A DNA stretch of 64,000 bases. Source: Eledone cirrhosa. Taxonomy: Eukaryota. The translations under genes and the position numbers were made by a program. The stretch spans positions 314,712,001-314,776,000 of the forward strand of contig OZ024741.1 in NCBI GenBank assembly GCA_964016885.1, written 5' to 3'. Positions 53,650 through 64,000 of this stretch are shown in pieces. How positions within the stretch are numbered: the stretch's first letter is position 1; every line of letters starts with the position of its first letter. The notes beneath the pieces are model-generated. The model was not told where the DNA came from. It saw nothing but the letters and a program-made list of their open reading frames with translations, and made no database searches.

Positions 53650-56495
53650 TCCAGTGCCATCGCAGCGCGGAGATGCATAAACTGTCTCTTTCCCTCGACT
53701 GCACAGTCATGGCCTTCTGGCACACTACCAGATGAGACAGCGAGCTTGCATGATGCCCAAGCCTCGCTGGTCAAAATGGCTCGACTCAGGCGGCTCCTTA
53801 AGATTCTGCTCAATATCCCGATAGCGGCACGGGTGCTGGTAGACGATGCCCTGGCTTCCTCGATTGAGATGGCCCTGGACTCCAATAGAAACAGCGACAG
53901 GGAGCGCCTCTTCTATTTCGCCCAAGTCACCCTCGGCCTCCCCAGCTCTGGCGCTGACCAATGTGGGCTGCCGACAGCAGCCTTTGTCAAGGCCAGTGTT
54001 TCGTGCTTTGGCAAGCGCCCATACCAAGCGTGCCGAACGATGCCACACCATGCTCTCGGGTGCCTCCAATCCGCCAACTCTGAGGCCAGCGTTTGCGATA
54101 CCTCGTAAACAATAAACTAATCACGATGTCTCGGCCGCAGTCAGAGTGGTTGCCTCAGAGGACACTGTCCTCCAATCCACCGTGGAGGTCCTGGCTTCCC
54201 TGCGACTCAAGTACCCTGAGCCATCTGCTGACATCCGTCCCATACCCCCACTCGATCTCCACCTGCGCCTTGTAGCTTTCGATGCAGACATCCTGTCTGC
54301 CATCAAGTCCTTCCCAGCTAGCAGCAGCGGAGGTGCTGATGGTCTCCGATCTGGCCATCGCATGGAGTTGCTATCCCCTCTCCCCGTGAGGCCGGGCACC
54401 GCCTTCTGAGTGTATTTGTGGCACTTAAAAATAGGTGCCCTGGATCCTCACGCACGAGGCCTCTTTTTTCCGGCTAGCCTGACCGCTCTCAAAAAGAAAG
54501 AGGCTTGCATACGCCCCATCGCTGTGGGCAATGTCTTCCGGAGGCTGGCTGCTATGGTGGTCTTCAGGTCCGTAACACCTGAACTGACTGGATGAGGAGT
54601 TCAGGTGGGTGTCGGCGTTTCCGGTAGATGTGAGGGGATGACACATACAACAGGAAGTTCTTCAACAGCTGCCCTCCAGAACCGGCATCCAGGACTCCAG
54701 GCACCTCATTGTCAAGCTTGACATGACGAATGCTTTTATCTGCATACGCCGGGACCATCTGCTCGATGTCTGTCTCCGCCGAACACTCTCAGGCTACCCG
54801 CTAGCCAACCTGTCATATGGAGCTCGAGCTACGGTCATACCTTCGGCCAATGGGGCCCTACAGAGTGACCCTTTGGGACCCCTCCTGTTTGCCCTTGGTT
54901 TAAACCGCATTAGGCGTAGTATCACGGCCCCTCTCAACGTTTGTTACCTGGATGATGCTACGTTGGGTGGGCCCGTAGAGGCTGTGCCATGACCTTAAAT
55001 AAATGGTTCCTGCCCTGGCAGGAATCGGTCTCCAGGTCAACTCGCCCAAGTCGGAGGTGGTGAATGTCAGCCATGATGCTGAGAGCTCTGCAGCCTCCGT
55101 CTCGGACGTGCGGTCCATTCTCTACCAGGTACAGGTGACCCCCAAAGATGATGTCTTCTTCTACGTGTCACCGATCCACCCGCCGACCATCCGCTCCACC
55201 ATCAAGTCCAGGCTCCAACAAACCGACTAGGCTTGATCGACGGCCACCCAGCTCTCTTCCTCTTTAGGAAGTGCTTCGTCATGCCGATGCTCATCTACAC
55301 CCTTCGCAGCGGCCCGTGCTACATCCACGCATCTCTCCTCACTTACCTCTATACTTGTATCCGAGCGGCAGCCGAGGAGATTTGCAGCATCATGTTTGAG
55401 GATAATTTGGATGGCAACAGGCCACTTTACCTGTCAGATATGTTGGCCTTGGCCACCGGTTCACGATCTCGCTGGCTTTGCCGGAGTTTCTTTCATTGGT
55501 AACCTCATGTTGCGTCCTTGTCAGCAGGGTTCTCCAAAACACAATGGAATCCTCTGTGATCAAGGAGCGTGAGGCCGCCTATAAGACATGGGACCGGCTA
55601 AGATTTAGTCCAATAGACGTCCCTCCTTCTTCTCCCCTTAATGACGTCATGTCCCCCCAAATCATTTGGGATCCAATCCTGCACAGCCTGTCCTCAGACA
55701 GGCACATGCGCCAGCTCGAAACCCCACTGTGGTGCCTGGCTCCATGCCTTGCCCTCCTTTCGCCACTGGGATTCAGCTGGATAACGATAGCCTGTGCATC
55801 GGCGTTTCCTTGCGGCTTGGCATCCGGATCTGCGAACCACATAAATGTCGCTGTGGATCCACCATGGACTCTTTCGGCCTCCACTGGCTTTCCCGTCGCC
55901 ACAGTTCCGAACGTCTTCCATGCTTGTTATGCTGCCCTCAACGATGTCATAAAGCATGGTTTGGACGCTGCAGGCTTCATTTCCCAGCTCGAACCGATGG
56001 GACTGGAACGAGGGGACGGCTAAAGGCCAAACGGTAAGACCATCTTCCCGTTCCACGGAGGCAAACCCCTCGTCTGGGATGCCAATTGCAGCGACACTCT
56101 CTCCAGCTGCAACCTGGTGCAGTCAGCGACTAAACCAGCTACTGCTGCACGTCGGTCTGGGGAGGCCAAACTCACCAAATACCGGTCGCTCTCCGACAAA
56201 GGAGACTTCTGGTGTCCTTTGCCCTAGGGCAACCTCTCTATTCACCACCATAGGCGCTGCACTGGCCAGACGCAGGTGTGTGCCTCTCCAGTTGGAATGG
56301 CTCTTCCAGCGCACTCACTTACCATCCTCTGCAGAAACGCCTTCTCCATTCTGTCCGCCGGGGCTGTGGGGAGGCCAGCACGTGGGACCCCATTTGCTGA
56401 CCGTACGGATTAAAACATATAACCTCTCTTATTCTTTTATTTACTCTTTTACGATTAAAATGTTAGTTTTACATAATACTGAAGTAAAAAAAAAA
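53650..56495 (+). mobile_element. Decayed CRE-clade non-LTR retrotransposon (RT plus restriction-like endonuclease)
   Basis: RPIAVGNVFRRL, KLDMTNAF..IRRD, GALQSDPLGPLLFAL, CYLDDATL, GLQVNSPKSE, HKCRCG..GLH and PFHGGKPLVWDA motifs. Ends in an A-run. Confidence 0.85.
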
Positions 56496-56886
56496 CGAAA
56501 ACAAATGATATAGTGAAATAGAACATGAGTGAGTTTAGCACAAAGTGTACACACGTCGTCTCGTGAAACTGAACGCTAACGATAATTCCGTTAGCATTGT
56601 CCTGAGGAACGCCACTCAGACAACATTTTCGGAGTTTTCCTCACTTTAGATTTATAATTTAACTCGGCTTGCAACGTCCTCCATTTCTATTGCTGGATTT
56701 ATTATATTATTAACATGGCAGACCACTTTAGCATTTGATATCTCATTCATTTATTGAATAATTTAATTACTTGTCTGTCCTCAAATGTTTTTCTCATTTT
56801 CAACAATACTGTGGTGTTATCACCTGATCCCCGAACCTAACAGTAGCGGTCCACAATAATAATTGATGTGAAGCTAATACCCGTTG

Positions 56887-57218
<332 letters not shown>

Positions 57219-57227
57219 TATATATAT

Positions 57228-57568
57228 AAATTGAGATGAGCAGAACAAACAAACATTAAACAATTCTTTTGCGCGTCTGTAATATTCCCGCTTTTATTAG
57301 TGGCTAGTTCACGTGTCGGTCACTTTAACGGCCATAACCCATACGAGCTGGTAGTTGGCAATATATTTGCAGACTCTGGGACTTAGTCCTATAGAGTGGA
57401 AATAGCTATCTGATGAACTTTACTTTTCCGTTAGAAATTCTATGAATTTCTAATATTTTGTAAAGCGAAACCGCCGGTAATAGCGTTATGAACAGGTAGA
57501 TATTTAAATCATTTTTTAATTTTTTTAAAGAATTGTTTAATGTTTGCTTGTTCTGCTCATCTCAATTT
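57228..57568 (+). mobile_element. ~340-bp non-coding HHR element with ~43-bp inverted ends
   Basis: aaattgagatgagcagaacaa.caaacattaaacaattcttt pairs with aaagaattgtttaatgtttg.ttgttctgctcatctcaattt. Confidence 0.8.
57405..57484 (+). ncRNA. Type I HHR with canonical core boxes
   Basis: gctat-CTGATGA-a.ctttac..ttagaaattc/gaatttctaa..gtaaag.c-GAAA-ccgccgg-TA-atagc. Confidence 0.82.
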
Positions 57569-57714
57569 TTATAGTTCTGGTATCTCAAATTAGTACCATC
57601 GAACAACAATTGTATTATAGACACCCTATATATCTCTATGGGTACTTAGTACCCAGAGAGATATTTACCTCATTTTATTATATATATATATATATATTTG
57701 TGTTTGGGTGTGTG

Positions 57715-57780
<66 letters not shown>

Positions 57781-57789
57781 CATGTGTAC

Positions 57790-59765
57790 ATGTCATCATT
57801 ATCATCATTTCACGTTCGCTTTCATCTGCAAGCAAGATTTGCCTGGGATTACATAGAATACATTAGTACTGAAGTGTGTCTACTGAGCAATCAGACAGGT
57901 CAAGGTAATATCGAGAAGTTGTTTTTTGACACAAAGAGTAAGGGTACTACTCATCCTTTGTTTAGTATGCTTTCTACGGCCGTATCCCTTTCCTACCACC
58001 AACTGTTTGCTTTTATTGTGTAGATTACCAGAACTAAGGGGGTTGTGTTTTTGAAACAACTAAAGGTTTATCTCAATTCTTTTATGTATGGGATCTACAG
58101 CGGGTGAACTTCCACTCACCAACCACTCTGGAGAGGTTGACCATAAGTCAAACTGCAGAACCCTTCAAATCTGGAAAAGGGACAATAAGGGATGGAGATA
58201 AGTATAAAGTTATAGGTATGTGTGTGGGTTTGTTTGGCACGACAATGAGTAAGGGGTACCAGTTGCTGACTAGTGTGTGGGGTGTAGTGGTGTGAGGGAT
58301 GTGGTCAACATGGTCGAGATATGGGGAGATAGGAAGGTGGTTAGGTATGAGTGAGAGTTAGGGATACCTGATTAGTGAACAGGGAGTGGGGGTTGTAGTG
58401 AAGGATGTGGTCGATAGAGATTGGGGTTATGTTACAGAGATTGATAAGGGATAGTGAGGGATAAGGTTTGCTAATAGGGGTAGAGTGAACAATGGGGAGT
58501 GAATGCAGCTACTATTGGCCAATGGTGAGGATATCTAAGGTGTCTAGTGTGTGAGTAGTCCTCGAGGGTATATGTGAAGTGGATGCCGCATTGGGGAGAA
58601 CAGATGGGGGCAGTAATAGTAGGAGGGAGGGGATAGTTCATGGATGGGTCAGGTCATATCCTATGATTCTTGTCGGGTCTTCATTAACACAGCATATCGC
58701 CAGCCCATTCGATCTTTTGTCATCACAAGTCTTTTTTGTCTGCTTTTCCTCGTGTTCCAGGCACTGCGATTACTCTGCATTCCTTTGTTCAGCTGCTATA
58801 TTCTATAGTAGAGTTATCTTCTCTCCTTTTCACATTACCTCCAAACCCTCTTATATAATGTTTTCTTCTCTGTTCACTTCTACTACGTCGTCCATGCACA
58901 TTAGCATTACACATTCATCGGAACATGCTGTCGTCATCTCTCTCCAGACTTCCGAAGACTTCTGTAGTTAAGACCCTTGTTTCCCAGCTGTATAGCATTG
59001 CCCTTTGCCCACAGGCATCATTCTGTCTACTCTTCACTCCAAGTGAGAACATGTTTGTTGTTCCCAGACGTATCAGCTCTCTAAACTTCTTCCAGCCTGT
59101 TCTGATCCTGGTTGTCACACTTTAAGTGTATGCACCACACTTGTGATTTCTAAGGAGCTTCCCTGGAAACTAAAGGAATCTCCTTCACGTAAGTTCTTAG
59201 GGCTCCCTTCTTCTGTGCATCAGCCACATCTTTTGTGAGTCCATCGATATCACTCAGTGCACCTTATAGAACTCCTGCCTACCCTTTTCTGGCATATCGA
59301 ACACAGCCATTTCCCTGATTGTATCACCTTCTTGTCCTCTTTCGTACTTAGCACTTTTGCCTTTGATGCGATTAGTATTACGCTTTTCAACTCTATGTTC
59401 TTGCATGTTTGAAGTTTTGTCCCTTACCCTGCTATGGATTCAGTTGAAGTACTAGATCATCAGCAAATAGTAACGCCCACGGAGTACCACTTTTGAAATA
59501 CTCAGTGAAGAACAGTGACAAATAGGAGTGGACTAAGGACGGAGCCCTGGTGGACATCGAACTGCACTTCATCACTCTACTGGCTTCTATCTTTTTTATA
59601 CAGGACCCACACAGCTCTCACAAGACATTCATTTACATCTACCTTCCTAAGTGTCCACAATTTTGCTGAGAACGGCACCCTGTCAAAGGTATTCTCCCTA
59701 TCTACAAAATCCAGATAAAATGGCGTACACTTTGCTAAGTACCTCTCAAGCAGTTGTCGTACTAT
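57790..59765 (-). mobile_element. Decayed RTE-clade LINE with (ATG)n tail
   Basis: Minus-strand fragments DVHQGSVLSPLLF, LLFADDLV and TRIRTGWKKFREL. Tail tcatcattatcatcat at 57794. Confidence 0.72.
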
Positions 59766-59785
59766 AAAGGGGGAATCAATGGCTC

Positions 59786-59923
59786 TCTTCTTCTTCTTCT
59801 TCTTCTTCTTCTTCTTCTTCTTCTTCTTCTTCTTCTTCTTCTTCTTCTTCTTCTTCTTCTTTTCTTCTTCTTCTTCTTCTTCTTCTTCTTCTTTTTCTTC
59901 TTCTTCTTCTTCTTCTTCTTCTT

Positions 59924-59953
<30 letters not shown>
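59786..59953. repeat. (TTC)n/(GAA)n microsatellite
   Basis: Read directly from the sequence. Confidence 0.97.
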
Positions 59954-59954
<1 letters not shown>

Positions 59955-61370
59955 AAATGGTAGAAGGTGGGGGAAGAGTCTTCAACCATTCCTTCCAGTG
60001 GGTTTGTCAGAAGCAACCGTCTCCAAAACATCCGGCTGGATCCCCAATCTAGACCAGATGAGCTCATGGATGTTATCCAACCATCTTGCGCGGTCTCTGT
60101 CTCTGGACTTCCGTCCGGTTGCGTTTGCCCGTAAAATCTATCTAGCGATTTTTTCCCCGAGACATTCTAAACACATGTATATAGTATCGTATCTGTAATC
60201 TCTTAATTCGGAGAAGTAGCGACTCTCAGATATTTAGGAGGTATCGGAGGGTTCTTGCTGTTCCCAGCAAGCATGCCTTTTGAAGTGTTCCAAAATGCGG
60301 AGCAGGACTAATCTTCTTTAACTATCCTTGGAAACTCTTTGAGATAGTACCTAGTGCGCCTATGACAATCGGGAAGACCTTGATTTCATGGCAGTTCCAA
60401 ATCCTTTTCAACTCCCACTTTAAGTCCTGGTATCGGTTAATTTTCTCCCTCTCCTTTTCTTGTACTCTCGTGTCAAATAGGCAGGCTACATCTACAATCC
60501 TTGTCCCAAACCACCAGGTCAGGCCTATTGTGTTCTAATTTCTTGTCGTCTGTATCCTAAAATCCCATAGCAACTTCCCCTCATCGTTTTCTATCACCGA
60601 CTCTGGCTTATACTCATACCACTTCTCAGAATTTGGTAAATTGTTTACTTTGCTTAGATGCCAGTGGATCACCCTCCCTATCACATCATGTCCCCAGTCA
60701 GTCTGGGCTAGGTGTTTACACTCTGATACAATGTGAGCCACAGTCTCCTCTCTCTCTCTCCACAGATCCTACGCAGTGGGATAGCCTCCTCCTTGTAAAT
60801 ATGATGTTTCACCCACTTCGTTCTGAGGGCTTGCTCTTTCACAGCCATTAGCATTCCCTCTGTAGCTTTTTTAAGGTCTCCTCTTTTTAACCAGTTCCAT
60901 GTCTGTGGATCTCTAAATGCAGTTTTCTTAAAGAAGGTACTATGAAGGGATTTCTCATGAAGGCTGCTGTTCCTCCTTGCTGTTATTTTCTCCTTGGACA
61001 TCCCCTGGTCTATTCTCTTCTCCTTCAGTACAATTTTGAGCATTGGCTCCCTACAGTCAGTCACGTATTTGTACAGGTTGTTTTCCTCCATCTGAACACG
61101 GTCCGCTATGCTGATAAGACCTCTTCCACCTTCTGAACTCTTTAAGTAGAGTCTATCGACATCAGTCTTCTTGTGGAATATTTTGTAGATAGTCAATATC
61201 TTCCTAGTCTTCCTATCCATTTCTTTTTGTTCAGCAACATTCCATTTCAGAATTCCCGCACTGTACCTAATAATATACACAGCTCGGGAATTCACTGAAC
61301 TTATAATATTCCTACTATTTAGATGTGATTTTAATACGCTCCTTACTCTCCGAATGTACTCAGATCTTAT
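59954..61370 (-). mobile_element. 5'-truncated R4/Dong-like element, with a (GAA)n tract at its 3' end
   Basis: DVDRLYL..GGRGL, AHIVSECKHLA, LLWDFRIQT, VIGALG and QKACLLGTA motifs. Confidence 0.85.
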
Positions 61371-61372
61371 CA

Positions 61373-61404
<32 letters not shown>

Positions 61405-63440
61405 AGTTGCATTTATATTACTGTATGTTCATACCAGTTTTCACCAAGTCACAACCAGTGACCACAAGAGACAACAAGGTCCGCCATGTTCAAGAAAGAA
61501 CATACATACACACACATGCATCTTTGGGTGTTTAGACTTGTGATGTACTTATATTGAAAGAAACTTCCTTAATATATGGCCAGTTCCCATTAGTACTATC
61601 TTTTGTATTTCTCCTATACACGGGTTTCCTGGGATTTGCGATAAGTAATCATTGGACTCCTTAGGTATCATTCCTAGAGCGCCTACAACGACTGGTTTTG
61701 TTTTAGTTCTCAATTTCCACATGTTTCCAATTTCTATCTCCAGGTCCTTATACTTGCTCAAGTTTTCAAATGTTTTTATAGATACATTCTTGTCTATTGG
61801 AACGGAAATAACATTCAGCAGGCATACCCTGTTTTTAAAGTCCTTCAGTATTATATCAGGTCTATTTGCATCTATTTTTCGGTCTGTTTGGATGCTAAAG
61901 TTCCACAAGATTGAGATGTAATCTTTTTCAAGTATGGGATGTGGTTGATGCTCCCACCAATTCTTTTGATGGGGCAGGTCAAAATGCTTACACATTATCC
62001 AATGTATGTATTGTGCAGCTGTCATGCCTGTTTAGGTATTCGGTTGGAGCTATAGGACTGCACATTGAAATTATATGATCAATGGTCTCTGGTTGTTTTT
62101 TACATAGACGGCATAATCGATTGCATCCATTTTTTATTGTTGGCTTGGTAATTTTTTGTTGGCAGACACTGATCTTGTGCTGATATAACCAGTCCTTCAG
62201 TCCCCGATTTCAGTCCAGAGGATGCCAACCACCGATGGGTTAAAGTTTTGTCAACATCAGGATTGTTAACTCTTTTGGGGTATTTTCCATACAGAGGTTT
62301 TTCTTGCTATTTCTTAGCCAATTTCAGTAGCAGTCCTTTCTTTGAAGTTACTTTTACCTGCATTGCTTTTTCCTGTGCTTTTGCTTTCAGCAGTAAATGG
62401 GACTTCTGAAATGTGTAGTCCATTATTGTATCTTTGTGCATCTTTAGATGCTTTCGTGTTTCAAAACGAATTTGATCATCCAATCATGGGATTCCCTTAG
62501 ATATGTAGATAATCCAATTGTTGCAGTTTTCAACGCAATATCTAACTGGATTAATCCACGTCCTCCTTCTTTCCTAGGGAGATATATTCTATCTGTATCT
62601 GCCTTAGGGTGATGCATTCTGTGCATGGTTAAGAATTTTCTAAATTTTGTATCGAGCCAACGGATCTCTGTGCTTGACCAGTTGATGACATTGTAACTGT
62701 CGGTTACTACTGGTATGGCAAGTGTGTTTATGGCATCGATCCTATTCTTTGCATTCAATTCCGTTCTTAAGATTGCTCTTACTCTGCGGTAACATTCCTT
62801 CCTTTTCCTTTCCCACATTGCCGATTGCTTGATTCCGTCTCCTTCACAAACACCTAGATATATGTAAGTTTCCTCTTGATCAAGTTCTCTTATCACATTC
62901 CCCCGATCAAGATTAATGTCTGAACTCTTCAGCAGCTTTCCTCTGGTGAACGTTGCTTTGGCGCTTTTATCTAGCCCAAACTCCATTTTAATGTCATCAC
63001 TGAACTGCTTCACAGTGGATATTAGTCCTTGCAATTGTTCATCATTATTTTGCAAATAGTTTCAGGTCATTCATGTCGAACAAGTGATTAATGGTTTTGT
63101 CATAGGCTTTATATCCATGTTTTGTTTCATTGAGCATTTTACTTAATGGTATAAGTGCGATGCAGAATAAAAGAGGTGATAAAGAGTCACCCTGAAAAAT
63201 TCCACAATTAATATTAACTTCTCCAGCTTCCAGTGATTTATTTTTCACTATTCAAAAGGTGTGTCGTTTTCCATGTCTTCATCCTGAATGACAGGAACCT
63301 CCTCACAACGGGAGATATTTTGAAAATCTCATAACATTTTTCAATCCAACTGTGTAGCAAACAATCGAATGCCTTTTTATAATCTATCCAAGCAATTGAA
63401 AGATTTTTGTGTCCATTATGACAATCTTCCAGTATCAAGC
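61371..63440 (-). mobile_element. 5'-truncated R4/Dong-like element with (TAA)n at its 3' end
   Basis: WIDYKKAFD, GIFQGDSLSPLLF, MNDLKLF, GGRGL, NRPDII, KLSKYKDL-like and VVGALG motifs. Confidence 0.88.
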
Positions 63441-64000
63441 AGTGAAAAGGATGGACACACCATCCTTCCTCTACGAGAAGTAAGGTAAGTGGTCTTTCCC
63501 ATCTTTTCCACTCCATTTCAACATGACATCACTCAGAATAGGCAGCATAAATGTGCGTGGCTTGGGATCGTCATGGAAGCAGGGCCACCTGCTCAACGAC
63601 CTCAGGTCACTAAACATAGATGTAGTGGCCATCAGCGAGACCAGAGACTCCGAAGCACGGGCCTTCGCTCCGATCTTCGGCGGCTACAATGTGTACGCAT
63701 CTCGCAGCCGTCCGGGATCGGGGGGAGCAGTTGCTGTGCTTTTTCGGAGAGGTTTGGATATCGCCATACGGGCCATCTTCCTGGACCCAGAAGGTAAGTT
63801 GGTGGTGCTAGACGTGACCAGGGTAGACGGGCAAGCTTTCAGGCTAGTGGCTGTCTATGCCCCGACAGGAGCAGGGCGGCCTATTTTCTTCCGGCGACTG
63901 GAGAACTTTCTTGGAACGTCGCGCTCTTTAGTGTTAGTGGGCAACTGGAACGGGATCTTAGATGCACGCTGGGACTGTGTGGGGTTAGCGGTAAGGGGAG
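63440..64000 (+). mobile_element. Tx1-clade ORF1 end and ORF2 APE start (runs off the window)
   Basis: IGSINVRGL, VVAISETR, AFRLVAVYAP and LVGNWNG motifs. Confidence 0.82.

Noticed and set aside
59754-60067. Poly-K/R/E/L/F ORFs
   Set aside because: Product of the (TTC)n microsatellite.

Overview
AT-rich, microsatellite-dense animal genomic DNA. It is most likely cephalopod (octopus-like), inferred from the SINE and LINE types. Most ORFs in the track are (TA)n/(TG)n artefacts. Only one clear host exon is visible, an EGF-like exon at 3003-3134. The rest is decayed retroelements: RTE, a Tx1/L1 tandem array, R4/Dong-like, CRE-like, CR1-group, Penelope-like elements (PLEs) and tRNA-derived SINEs. 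The main signal is non-coding. About a dozen type I hammerhead ribozyme (HHR) motifs, from at least seven sequence-distinct families, lie in short elements embedded in or next to (TA)n tracts. Most of these elements carry a 5' inverted copy of their own 3' part, some with tandem direct units, as in PLE pseudo-LTRs and retrozymes. The best example is a 591-bp x2.6 tandem array with one U3-A8 variant HHR per unit. All structures were folded by eye and nothing was computed.
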